64,000 bases of DNA from Mobula hypostoma (Eukaryota), in NCBI RefSeq assembly GCF_963921235.1, contig NC_086107.1:97838001-97902000 (forward strand), given 5' to 3'. The notes below the pieces were generated by a model, which worked only from the letters and a program-made list of their open reading frames with translations, did not search any database and was not told the origin of the DNA. The stretch's first letter is position 1. Every line of letters starts with the position of its first letter. Shown here piece by piece: positions 49,195 through 61,890 of the stretch. The position numbers and the translations under genes are program-made.

Positions 49195-49692
49195 GTAGAA
49201 CATATTAACATGAAGACCATATTGACAGACAGAAAGATGAGCACGTACACTAAAAACAGAATACTGCAGTGCTGCATTTATTCTATCCTGACTTATGGAA
49301 GTGAATGCTGGACCATTTCTCCAGCAATGGAAAAGAGACTAGAAGCAGCTGAATTATGGTTCTACAGGAGAATGTTAAAAATATCATGGACCACACACAC
49401 ATCAAATGAAGAACCCAAGCAGTTCGATCACTCATACCAACAATAAGAGAAAGACAATTCAGATTCCTAGGACACATCATGTGGAAAGATGAACTAGAAA
49501 AACTCATACTCTCTGGAAAGATTGAGGGGAGCAAACCTAGAGGAAGACCTCGGTTTATGTACATCAAAAGCATAGCCAGGTGGCTACACATCGAGGAAAT
49601 GGAAGTCATCCAAAAAACGAAGGATAGATCTATATGGAAAACCATGGTCACCAAAGTGCACATCGGATATGGTACCTGGACAGACAGACAGA
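49195..49692 (+). mobile_element. RTE-clade LINE 3' fragment
   Basis: YSILTYGSECWT...LEAAELWFYRRMLKISW and GKIEGSKPRGRPR; (caga)n tail. Confidence 0.88.
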
Positions 49693-49702
49693 ACATACTG
49701 TA

Positions 49703-49905
49703 AAACACAGGAAGCTGGAGGAACGCAGCAGGCTCGGCAGCATCTGCCAATAAGAGTAAACAGTCGACGTTTCCTTATGAAGGGTCTCGGCCCGAAACGT
49801 CGACTGTTTCCCCTTTTCTATAGATGCTCCCTGACCCGCTGAGTTCCTCCAGCATTTTGTGCATGTTGCTTTGGAATTCCTTCATCTGCAGACTTTCTCT
49901 TGTTT
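49703..49905. mobile_element. Penelope-like inverted terminal-repeat pair; similar relics at about 6381-6615, 21680-22030 and 33780-33905, and a minus-strand copy at 63630-64000
   Basis: aaacagtcgacgtttc / gaaacgtcgactgttt arms around a degenerate hammerhead core. Confidence 0.78.
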
Positions 49906-50087
49906 TGTGATAAAATACAGGAAACCTGTGCGGGTCGAAATTCAAAACAAGTCACGAAAGGCATAGGGAAACCGTAATCTCTTAATGAGTGTGACGAAAA
50001 ACACAGTGACAGCCTAATAATAAAAGTAGTTATTAAACAACTCTAATAAACTCATAAATTACACTCGGGAACATCGAGATCTGCCAC

Positions 50088-50108
50088 AACATGGCGCCCC
50101 CTGCTGGT
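50088..50108 (-). promoter_or_regulatory. Candidate CTCF site overlapping a YY1-like motif
   Basis: The minus strand reads ACCAGCAGGGGGCGCCA; the plus strand reads AACATGGCG. Confidence 0.55.
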
Positions 50109-51694
50109 CTGAGGGTTTCATGACATTGTTCCAACAAGAACAACTTTAGCAGCTCTACTCAATTCACAGAACTGAAGGTCTTCATCTCTGGAATCTCTTT
50201 GGAAATCACTTCCATGCCTTTTTCAAAGCCTTCACATCATTCCCGAAGTGGAATGACACTCTACAGTACTTTACCTGAGGATAAACTAGTGAACTCCAGG
50301 ATCTGTTTGCTTTATAAATCACTTCCTCTGTTTGCTCTACCACTTTCAATGAACTATCCACTTTTAGTTCCAGATCTCTCTGTTCTTGTACCCGTCATTC
50401 AGAATTGTGCCTCGTCCCAGTTGCTCCCAAAATGTAACACTCTAGAATTTCAGCATTAAAGTTTAATCTGCCGCCGCACTACTGGCCCTTGCTTGCCTGC
50501 CTAAGGTTTCATTGTGGTTCACTGTGCCTTCGTATTTCTGAGATCTGGGCCCTCGTATCCATCCTAATCGTCTGCGCAGAAAGAGAAGTGTGCAAAGTTC
50601 AAAACTTCAAAGTAAAATTTATTATCAGAGTACATATATGTCATCACATACAACCCCGAGATTCTTTTTCCTATGGGCATACTCAGCAAATCTATAGAAC
50701 AGTAACAGTAAACAGGATCAATGAACCACAAACTTTGCAAATGCAAATATAAATAAATAACAAGAGCATGAAATAACAAGATAAAGTGAGATCATTGGTT
50801 GTGGGAACATCTCAAGAGCCTGGTGGTTGAGGAATAGTAACTGTACTTGAACCTGCTGGTGAGGGTCTTGAGACACCGGTACCTTCTGCCTGATGATGGC
50901 AGCAGGGAGAAAAGAGTGTGGCCTGGGTGGTGGGGATCTTTGTTGATGGACGATGCTTTCCTACAAAGTGGCAGAGCGGGTAAAGCTGCTGCCTCTCAGC
51001 TCAGCGACCCGGGTTCAACCCTGACCTTGGAATCGGCACCTTCTTCCCGTGACCCAGGGTGCTCTGAATCCTAAAGACATTCAGGTTGGTGTGTTAATTG
51101 CTCAGTGAGTTGTCCAGTTCCAGGGGAGTTAATGAGATTAATGTAGTGTTAGTGTAAATGGTTTTGTTGATGGTCAGCACAAAGATGCTTGTTCCCATAT
51201 TATATTGCTCCCTGAAAGCAATGGTCCTTGTACAAGTCAAAGGAAACTCCTAATTCAAGTTCAGGTTTAATTGTCATTCAGCCATACACATGAATACAGC
51301 CAAATGAAACAGCATTCCTCCAGGGTCAAGGGGCAAAACACAGTCCCAGCAGTCACGCACAGCACAAGATACAGTTAGCACATATAATTATAATAAAAGT
51401 AAAACGTGCTGTCATGAAAATAATAATAATGGTAAAGCCCAAGTCCTTGAGATGTCTGGCCTGTAGAAAGGTGGTGCATGAGATGATTGTCCTGTAGCCA
51501 TGTTTCAGCAAAAACAAGTACACAGCAGTTCCTCATCACAGGTTCATGCAGCTGCAGACAAACGCAATCCAGCTTGTCTTCTTGTACGTTTCTCTCCAAT
51601 AGGAAAAATAACTTTTGACAAATCTTTTCCCTGTTATTTACCAACTTTCTGTCTGTGGTACAACCGAACCTCTGGTCTGAATGGAAATGTTTAC

Positions 51695-52095
51695 ACCATA
51701 AGATACAGGAGCAGGATTAGGCCATTTGGCCCATCGAGTCTGCTCTGTCATTTCATAGTGGCTGATCCATTTTCCCTCTCGGTCCCAATCTCCTGCCTTT
51801 CTCCATGTAATCCTTCACGCCCTGACTAATCAAGAATCTATCAACCTCTGCCTTAAATGTATCTAAATGCTTGGCCTCCACGGCTGCCTGTGACAACGAA
51901 TTCCACAGATTCGCCACTCTCTGGCTAAAGAAATTCCTCCTCATCTCCGTTCTAAAAAATGCCCCTCTATTCTGACACTGTGTCCTCTGGTCCTAGATTC
52001 CCCCACCATAGGAAACATCCTCTCCATATGCACTCCATCAAGGCCTGTCAGCTTTCAATAGGTTTTAATGAGGTGATTCTTCTGAACTCCAGTGT
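51695..52095 (-). mobile_element. CR1 LINE 3' fragment
   Basis: ORF 51753-51944(-) reads MRRNFFSQRVANLWNSLSQAAVEA. Confidence 0.88.
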
Positions 52096-53502
52096 GTACG
52101 GAAGAGGCACCTTGAGGCATCTTACCCGAAACAATCAGCAGAGCGGCAGTATTTCCCTCACAATTGTCGCTGTATCTTCTTAAAAAAGTACTAAGTTGTT
52201 CAAAGGAATAGAGCATGTTGGATGGAAGCAAGTTCAGAGAGAAAACAAGGAAATACAAACTGGGTTTAGAAAGCTTGTGAACAAGCACAGGGTCCTGTGA
52301 ATAGTGTTATTGAGCTGTGGGCACGAATAAGCCAAGTAGGATTATGATCTCGAGACACCAACTGATACTTGACTTGATGAAAGGACAGCGCTGTGCATTA
52401 ACATTCAAGGTGTTCGGAAAGACTCAGGAATGGGGAAAGGAAGTGAAGTGTTGTTACTAATCTTGGAAGATCATGCAGTTCTGGACGTTTGGTCCCAGAT
52501 CAGGGAGTCTACAGACCCCTTGCTTAATGGCATAAAAAAGGTTAAGAACCCCCTGGATTAGACAAAAGATGAACAGCGAGGAGGACAGGAATAGACTGCA
52601 AGAGGATGTCCGTACACTGGCTCTATGGGCAGGGGGCATGGCAAGTGGAACTTGGAGGAGTGTGAAGTACCACAGGCCAGTATGAGCAGGGAGAATATCT
52701 CTGCGATGGCGGAGTAACGAGCGTGCACCAGGGGAGAATCTGGGAGTACCTTTCTCTAAGTTCACCAGGGGCCCAGGACGCGCTGAGGCAGCGGTTAGTA
52801 AAGCAAATGGGATCCTGGTATTTGTGACTGGAAGTACAGACCACAAGGGCAAGGAGGTTATGTGGACCCTATTATGTATCACTGGCTGGATCACACCTAG
52901 AGCACATTACCAATGCCAGTGACAGGATGTGAAGGTTGTCCACAGCGTTCAGAATATTGGCCAGAAGATGCAGGAGTCATGAGGGGAAACCTTTCTACAG
53001 CTGGGAGATGCGACTGGGAACTTCCTCCCCGTAGGGCTCGTGGAAACGGGATTAGATAAGGAATAGTAAAGACGCGCACACAGAGAAGGGTAATTCACAG
53101 GATTCTGGGGAGAGGGTGGGAGTTCAAATTGCAACCCAGAGTCATAGAGAAGTACAGCATAGAAACAGGCCCTTCAGCCTGTCTAGTCTATGCTGAAACC
53201 AGAGGTAGAATTGATGAGCTGAATGGTGTCCTGTGCCCTTAAAATACTAGAAAACAAATAAACAAACATATTCTTAAAAATATTAAGAATTAAGAATGTA
53301 ATTCTCACCGCACCCCTTCTGGGAACTATTTTTTCCCTAGAATACTTCTTCCCCCCACAACTCTCCCCTCACTATTTGCCTCCACTACTTGCCCCTCCCT
53401 TCCTCTCTACTGTTGCAGTCGTCCCACCCCCTCTCCTCTCTCCCCTTCTCCTGCTGCCTTGTCTGCTCACGTACCTGCTCTCTCCACCGTTCTCGCTGAC
53501 AG

Positions 53503-53633
53503 GGGACAATGAAGATGCCGAGGCACTCAAGGCAAAGAACATTAAGCAGACGGAGTTGGTGGCAGATCTGCGAGAGGCCATCCTGCAAGTAGCTCGGCAC
53601 TTTCAGTGCCTGGACCCCAAAAATTGTACTATT
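53503..53633 (+). CDS. SGSM3: SGSM3 coding exon J (131 nt, phase 1-0): GDNEDAEALKAKNIKQTELVADLREAILQVARHFQCLDPKNCTI
   Basis: Long pyrimidine tract, acceptor ctgacag, donor ATT|gtaagt; KAKNIKQTELVADLREAI motif. Confidence 0.95.
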
Positions 53634-55698
53634 GTAAGTAGATCACACAGCCCACGCAGTGTCCACGCACCTCTCGGGGAAGGTTTTCTGTGTTGTAGAT
53701 CAGATAGCCTCAGAAGGTCATCACCCTGAAACCTCTCCACAGGTGTTATCCAGCATTTTGAATTGTGTTTCATACTCACAGTATTTATTGAAGTTTGCTC
53801 TGTTAAATTTCAAGCAGATTTCTGCGTAAAAACAGCACGCGTTTGGAACTTCACACCAGAAGTTCACACCGCTGTAGTTATACATGGAGACCACACGGGG
53901 GAGCAGTTGGATGCTGTTGGGTACTGAGGGCCGTCTTCCATTAGCCACCAGCTACCTGTCCCTACTTATTGTTGCTGGATTGGAGGCTAAGCACTGGGTA
54001 GTGAGAAGTTTCTTTCTCCGAGGGGAGTCCCCACAGATGCACTGGCAGCAGGAGAGGATGCAAACCTTTCCCCATTAATGATTGAACCCATTGGCTGCTG
54101 GGGGAGCTCAAGGGTCAGCGTTTCCCAGTTGTTGAAATGGTTGGGTGGTGTCAGAGACCAGCACTCACAAAATGCTGCAGGAACTCAAGTCGTGCAGCAT
54201 GTATGGAGGGAAACAAACAGTCAACACTTTGGACCAATACCTCTTAGAATCAGGATTAAAATCGCCGGCATATGTTGCAAAATTTGTTAACTTTGTAGCA
54301 GCAGTACAATGCAATACATAATAATGGAGAAAAATTGTGAATTACAGTATGAATATATATATATATAAAATATCAGACTGTGATATAGCCAGTTAGAGTG
54401 CTCTCTGCTGTGCCTCTGTCAGAATTTGCGAGTGTTTTTGGTGACATATCTGGTCTCCTCAAACTCCTGATGGAATAGCCGCTGTCTTGCCTTCATCAGG
54501 ATTCAACAGTTTGGTGCGTGTTGAACCAGATTTCCAGCATCCCCAGTCTCTCGTGTCTCTGCCGCAGAGTGAGTGCTCAGGAGTGGGGAGCATCCTAGTT
54601 TGTCCATAGCGGTGTCTGCTGAGGGCTGGTGGCGGCTGTCTACGTGACCCCAGTGTGCGGTGGGATGGGTGCGATTGGGGGGGGGTGGTCGGCAGTGAGC
54701 TGGAGAAGTCAGAACAAGGAATGAGGGTGCTGGAGGAATGTGTGTGTGAGAGGGATAGGGAGGAGTGGAAATGGGCAGACTTTGGAGGTGGTTGGGTCAA
54801 GTGCTGAAGTGAGGGGCGAGGCTGAGCACATGGGGCCTGCCAAACCGGTAGAGTTAAAGAACGTAGACCAGTACAGCGTGGAGCAGGCCCTTCAATCCGC
54901 CATCTCTATGACGACCATGACAGCAATTCAACTCATCCCATTCCAGATACATAACGGGGTGAGGAATTTCTTCAGCCAGAGCGTGGTGAATCTGTGGAAT
55001 TTGTTGCCAAGAGAGGGTTGTGGAGGCCAAGTCATTGGATGTACTGAAGGCAGCGATTGACAGGTCTTGGTTGGTAAGGGAGTTAAGGGTTAGGGGAGAG
55101 AACGCGAAAGAATAGAGTTGAGAAGTAAGTCACCCATGATTGAATGATGGAGCAGATTCAACAGACCGAAGGGCCTAATTCTACTCCTATGGCCTGGTAT
55201 CCTTCTGTATCCTTTGCCGTCTACAGTCATTGCTAATTCTCACATTGACCGCAAACTAAATAACCAGACCACCTACATTTTCATGTTCATTTACTGTATA
55301 TCACAAACAGAGGGCCCAGCACTGATCCCTGTGAAACGCTCCAGTCACGGACCTTCAATCAGAGAATTCCTCCATCGCTATGTTGTGTCTTCAGTGACCA
55401 AGCCAATTTTGTACCCATTGGCCCAGCCAATTTGTAAGGGGAGAGATGGGCAAATTCGCAAGATAAACCTTTATGTTGCATTCAAGAAAATGAAGTTTTT
55501 CCCTGTGTCTGCTTTCTTAAATTGTTCACTGCCCACTGAGTTATGAAGGCACTCAAAAGTTATTCAATGATTTTCACGTTTATCATATATTGTGCTTGAT
55601 TTCGATCATGCCCACACCACTTTGCCCCCTCCCCAATCCACTCCACCTATAGAGAGCTTTTTATCACTGCCTGACTGTGCAACCTGCCTCCTTTACAG

Positions 55699-55854
55699 GA
55701 GCTGACGCCGGATTATTCCATGGAGAGCCATCAGAAGGACCACGAGACCTACATTGCTGTGTCCCGAAATCGAAAGCGCAGAGCCAAAGCCCTCCTGGAT
55801 TTTGAACGCCATGACGACGATGAGCTGGGATTCCGAAAAAATGACATCATCACG
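55699..55854 (+). CDS. SGSM3: SGSM3 coding exon K (156 nt, phase 0-0): [12 protein letters not shown]...[26 protein letters not shown] (start of SH3)
   Basis: Acceptor ctttacag, donor ACG|gtaggt; SH3 ALxDF...ELxF motif. Confidence 0.97.
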
Positions 55855-58800
55855 GTAGGTAGAGCCATTCACATATCGCATCCATTTGCTTGTGCCTAAA
55901 AGAGTGATGGAAGCAGAATTCCTCGTTATATTTAAAGAATCTTTGGGTTTGTGTTTGCAGAGCCGTGATCTGCAAGGTTATGAACCCTGTGATGGAAAGA
56001 AGGGTGCCATTGTGTTTTCGTTATGTGCCGTGTTGTATGACATGGGCGATCATGCTCTTTCTGTGACCATGATTGTTCTTGGCAAATTTTCTACAGAAGT
56101 GGTTTGCCATTGCCTTCTTCTGGGCAGTGGCCTTATAAGAGAGGTGACCCCAGACATCATCAATATTCCTCAGAGGTTGTCTGCCTGGCATGAGTGCTTG
56201 CATAACCAGGACTTGTGATATGCACCGTAGCTTCATGTGACTGATCGGTGGGGGTGGGGGGAGGGCTAAGCAGGTGCTACACCTTGCCCAAGCGTGACCT
56301 GTAGGCTAGCGGAGGAAAGGAGCACCTTACACCTCCTCTGGTTGAAATGCATCTCCACACCGCCACCCCATCCCAGTGTACTGTCGCTAAGTCTGTTGGC
56401 AGTACAAAGTCAGGTGGGCTGGCAACGTGATGTTGTATTCTGGCGCATTAATCCAAGCTTTTTTCAGCAATCAGAAAAGAGACACAAAACTTCTTGCTTC
56501 ACAATCATTTTATTAAGTGTTAAGAGAACAAAGAAATTTGAAAGCAGACAGTAACAGAAAGGAGAAAAGAAGCAAAAAGATGGCTGACAACACACATCAA
56601 AGTTGCTGGTGAACGCAGCAGGCCAGGCAGCCCACGGATAAGGAGCATTCCATTCAAATTTGTAGATAAGAGTCAACCAATCATAGACCCTCTATTCAAA
56701 TAGTGCAGGACCAGAGAATCTTCCAGAGCTTTCCAGAATGATACAAAGAACTGAAACCACTAGGAGACACACTGAACAACTGTATCCAGTTACATGTATG
56801 TATGTAGTTATAAAAAATACAAGCAGGTAATTAATTTTAAGCTGCAAAGAAAATAACAAACAGTCTAATCTAAGGATTAAAGTCTATTCTAAGAATTAAA
56901 TAGTCTAATTAAAGAATTAAACAGTCTAGTCCGGTGGTGAGGAGGATGCAAAGAGCCTACAAACAGATATGGACAGGTGAAGTGAGAGGGCAAGAAGTTG
57001 ACCACCTGGGTCCTCAAGTCTGTTTCATAAGATTAGAGCTGATGTACCCCAAACCTCAAATTCCCCTTCGCCCTCAATTCCCTGATCTTTCAAAAATTTA
57101 TTTACCTTCACTTAAAGTACTTCTAATGATTTAGCCTCCACAACTCTGTAGGGCAGAAAGTTCCAAAGATTTACAACGCTATGTGAGAAGAAATTTCTGT
57201 GTACCACAGTTTTAAAAGACCATCCCCTTGAAGCTGCATCTCCTCGTTCAAAACTCTTCCATTAGTATAAACATCTCGACGTTTATCCTGTCAAGCCTCC
57301 TGAGGACCTTGCAGCTTTCAATAAAGTCATGCTCACTCTTCTAAGTTCCAAAAGCATTCAGACTCAAATTGTTTAGCTTCTGCTGATAAGACAAGCTATC
57401 CATCCCAGGAATTAACCTGGTGAATCTCCTTTAGACCATCTCCAATACTACTATGTCCTTTCTTGGACATTCCTGCCACTGCCTGTAAGGAATTTGTACG
57501 TTCTCCCTGTGACCGTGTGGGTTTCCTCCACAGTCCAAAGACGTGCCGATTGGCAGGTTAATGGTCGTTGTAATTGTCCTGTGATTAGGCTGGGGCTGAA
57601 TCAGGGGATTGCCAGTTGGCGTGGCCAGAAGGGCCTATTCCACTCTGTATCTCAATCAATAAAAAATAAGAAAACAAATAAGATGGACAAAGGATACGGT
57701 AGCACTGGAAGCAGCCGAAAGGATATCTCCTTTGTGAAGACAGAATCAGAACTTGAAATTAATTGTTCCACCATTTTTTCCCCATTATAAAGACTCCATT
57801 TCTGACTACAATGAACCTTCATTTGTCTTGACTAACTGTTTCCTCATCAGTCAGTTTCTATGTTCTCTGCAATCTCCCTCTCATTTTATTTCTCTAGTAC
57901 AATCCCTGATTTATTTTGAAATCCAAAGTTTAGCCTCCTTTGCTGCTTTTTACTCCAGTCGGGAATGAACCATTGTTATCATTCATCAGTGAGCTCTGTA
58001 AAAGTTTCCGGTTGCCTCTCCACAGTCAAGCTTTACAGTGTTTATAGATAAGGCATGTGAGTATGGAGGGATGTGGACATTGTGTAGAAGGGATTGGTTT
58101 AATTAGGTGTTTAGTTGCTGGTTCAGTGCGACATCGTTGGTCAAAGTGCCTGTTCCTATGCCCTAATGTTGTATGAGGAATGCTGCAAGTCCAGCTCACT
58201 GATTTATTGGCGGACGGCGGGGAAGCTGCAGGGCCTCGGTCGTAGGGGTGACTGGGCCTCAAGCCGCAGTGTCGCCTGTTTACGGCTGCTCAGGAGCCAG
58301 GCGTCCGAGCTGGAGTCGATGCTGCCACCCAGTGTTCACACGGCAGAAGACAAGATGTATTGTGTTTGACTGCAGATTTCTACAACTTTCATGGATTTAG
58401 GGTCTTGGATATAGTTTTATTTTGTGTGACTGTATTTTACTGCTATCTTGTATGTGCTGTGTGGGACTGTTGGTACTGTGTTTTGCATTTTGATCCTGGA
58501 GTAATGCTGTTTCATTTAGCTGCATTCATGGATATTCATGTACGGTTGAATGACGATTAAACTTGAACTATGTTCTAGTGTTTCCCAATTTATCACACCC
58601 ATCTCTCACATCATTGTTTGCCTTTTATCGATTCGGGATGCTAGCTACAGAATCTGTCTCTGCTCCCCCACCCTACATCTTAATGAAGAATTCTTTTCAG
58701 TATTGGTTGTCTTTCCCTAAGGGAACCCCCTCCCACCTCCCACTTCCCCAGAGGAAGATTAGTTATTATTCCTTTCTTCATTACACAGTTCCCAGTCTGG

Positions 58801-58925
58801 AATGGCGTGCTCTCAACACACTGAGTCATGGAGATGTACAGCACAGAAACAGGCCCTTCAGCCCAGCACAGTCATGCTGACCCCTTTGTCTAGCTACAGT
58901 GATCCTGTTTGTCCACATTAATACC

Positions 58926-59448
58926 TACGGTACTGTGCAAGAGTTCTAGGTACATACCTGTAGCTGGGGCGCCTAAGACTTTTGCACAGTAGTGTAGTAA
59001 TTTTGTGTGTTGCACTGTACTGCTACCACAAAAAAATCGTTAACATATGTGAGTGATGATAAACCTGATTCTGAAATGTGTCTCTATTGTGGACTGAGAG
59101 TGGGAAGGGGGTAGGGAGAGGGGAATCATGTTTGGGGAAAAGGAGAAGGGAGCGGGAAGCACCAGATAGACATTCTGTAATGATCAATAAACCAATTGTT
59201 TGGAATCAAGTGACCTTGCCTGGTGTCTCAGGGCAGGGTGTATCTGCACCCACACCAACCACCTCCCCACCCTGCCACCTGACCCACACCCCTCCCGCGG
59301 TGCTCCACCCTCACCATTCCAAACATCCTTTGCTCCCACCAGATTTATAAACTCTCTCTCCACTCCATATTAACAAAGAGAGTACTAGGCAAAAGTCTTT
59401 GGCACCCTAGCTTTTTAAGTGTGCCTAAGACTTTCGCACAGTACTGTA
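58926..59448 (+). mobile_element. Composite Tc1-type MITE, intact copy
   Basis: TA-flanked; each end of about 70 bp is itself a palindrome of two TIR units; the body begins with a LINE-like tail (aaacctgattctga). Confidence 0.82.
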
Positions 59449-60064
59449 TTTAAGTCAGTCTAAATGCCTTCCTATCGGAATACATCTTAAATACGGTAAT
59501 AGTATTTGATTCTAGTACACCCTCTGGTAGTAGATTCCTGGTATCAAGCACTCTCTATATATAAGAAAAAATACCCCAAGGAACCCCGTTAAATTATGCT
59601 TTCAGTTTAAAACTATGCCTCTTGTTTTTAATACCCTTGCCATGGGAAAACATTTGACTATTTACCCCATCCCTGCCTCCCATAATCTCATATACTTCCA
59701 TCAGGTCACACTCAGCTTCCGGTCCAGGGAAAGCGAACCCAGCTTATCCAATTCCTCCCCACAACTGAGGGCCTCCAGTCCAGGCAACGTCTTTGGAAAT
59801 CTTCTCTCTGCTCCCTCCACTGCAACCACGTCCTTCTTCTGCTGTGGTGAGCAGGACTTTGCACAGTACTCCAACAGTGCCTTAGCCATTGTTTTAATGT
59901 CCCTGCTCATATATTCTGTGCCCTGACCTATGAGGACAAGGATGTCTATGCCTTCTTCACAACCCTGTGAATCTATGTTGCTGCTTTTAGTGAACCATGG
60001 TCTCTATTCATCGGCGTTCCTTACATTCATACCATTTACTGCACATACACATTCTCTCTTCTCC

Positions 60065-61890
60065 TCGTCATGAATGAAATTGACATCATGAATGGCTGCG
60101 ATGCTTTGCTCCTAGATGAGCTCAACTCCTTTTAGGCACGCATTGAAAGGGAGAATAAAACTACACCTGTGCCAACCCCTGCAGCATCCGGTGACTCCGC
60201 GATCTCTGTCTCAGAGGCCAACGTCAGAACATCTTTCAAGGGGGTGAACCCTCGCAAGGTGTAGGCCCTGTTGGCGGACCTGCTGGGTCTCTGAAAACCT
60301 GTGCCAACCAGTTGGTGGGAGTGTTCAAGGACATCTTCAATCTCCCAGTGCTGCAGTCGGAGGTTCCCACCTGCTTCAAAAGGACGACAGCCGTACCAGT
60401 TTGGAAGTTTGGGAAAGAGTTTGCAGAAGTTTCAGCTCCAATTGAGAAGCCATCATCAGTGTGCAGTTGAGGGTGTTGTCTCCTTGGAATGCCAGCTTCT
60501 ACACTCCTCTGGGGTTCGAATCGACAGTGACAAGATGTCATGATCTGGGTGGCTGGTTCAAAACGCTGTGAGCAGTTTAGCAGTAGAAGATTTTGATTTA
60601 TTGGCTTTGAGGGAGGATCATTGGGACTGCGCTCTGACGATGGCCTCTCGATTGGAGCCAAAACGTCTGCAAACACTTTGCCGAGCTCAAACTTCCAAAT
60701 AGCCAACCCGAGCTGCCAATATTCCGCAATATTTCAATCATAACAGTGCCTAAGAGGAGGAGGGTGAGCTGCTTCAATGACTATCACTGGCACTTACATC
60801 TTCTGTGATGAAATGCTTTGAGAGGTTGGTCATGACTAGAACCAACTCCTGCCTAAGCAAGGACCTGGACCCACTGCAATTTGCCTACCAACACAATAGG
60901 TCTGCAGCAGATGCAATCTCAATGGCTGTCCACTAGGCCTTGGATCACCTGGACAATTGCAATACCTATGTTAGGCTAAAGACTAAAGCACAGCATTCAA
61001 CACAATCATATCTTCAGTTATAAACAGCAAGCTCAAAGACCTGGGCCTCCGTACCTCCCTCTACAACTGAATCCTTGACTTCCTCGCCAGGAGACCACAG
61101 TCAGTGCGGATCGGAAGTAACATCTCCTCCATGCTGACAGCCAACACTGGCACACTTCACAATGTCAGTAAGGCCAAGGAATTGATTGTGGACTTCAGGA
61201 TGGGAAAGTCCAGGGAATACACACCGGTCCTCATCGAGGGATTAGAAGTGGAAAGGGTGAGCAGTTTCAAACTCCTGGGTGTCACCATCTCTGTGGATTT
61301 ACCCTGACCCCAACATATTGATGCAATTACAAAGAGGGCACGACAGTGGCTATAGTTCATTAGGAGTTTGAGGAGATTTGGTATGTCACCAAAGACAGTC
61401 ACAAATTTCTACATATGTACCGTGGAGAGCATTCTAACTGGCTGCATCACCATCTGGTACGGAGGGGCCACAGCACAGGATCAGAAAAAGCTGCAGGAAG
61501 TTGTAAACTTTGCCACCTCCATCATGGGCACCAGCCTCCCCAGAATCCAAAACGCCTTCAAAAGGCAAAGCCTCAAAAAGGTGGCGTCCATCATTAAGGA
61601 CCCCCATCACCCAGGACATGCCATCTTCTCATTGCTACCATCAAAGAGGAGGTACAGGAGCCTGAAGACACACACTATGATTCAGGAACAGCTTCTTCCC
61701 CTCTACCATCCGATTTCTGAATGGACGATAAACCCTTCAACATTACCTCAGGAGTTTTTCTCACTACTTATTTAATTTTACATATAGTGATTTATAGTTT
61801 TCATTATTATGAATTGCAGTGCATTGCTGCCACAAAACAACAAATTTCACGATATATGCCGGTGATATTCAACCTGGTTCTAATTCTGAT
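60065..61890 (+). mobile_element. Rex1/Babar-type LINE RT relic with its 3' end
   Basis: LDPLQFAY.HNRS.ADAIS, LNVSKAKELIVDF-like and NFYICTVESILTGCITIWYG...IIKDPHHPGHAIFSLLPS.RRYRSL motifs. Confidence 0.88.
60401..60734. mobile_element. Inverted terminal-repeat insertion of a second Penelope-like family inside the Rex element
   Basis: Inverted arms of about 70 bp, each with a hammerhead-like core; degenerate 13-bp TSD cagccgtaccagt / caatcataacagt. Confidence 0.7.

Noticed and set aside
56860..56935. Short degenerate tandem repeat of about 20 bp (agtctaat..aagaattaaa) as a CRISPR-like array
   Set aside because: There are no unique spacers and the context is a eukaryotic intron; it is a simple local slippage repeat.
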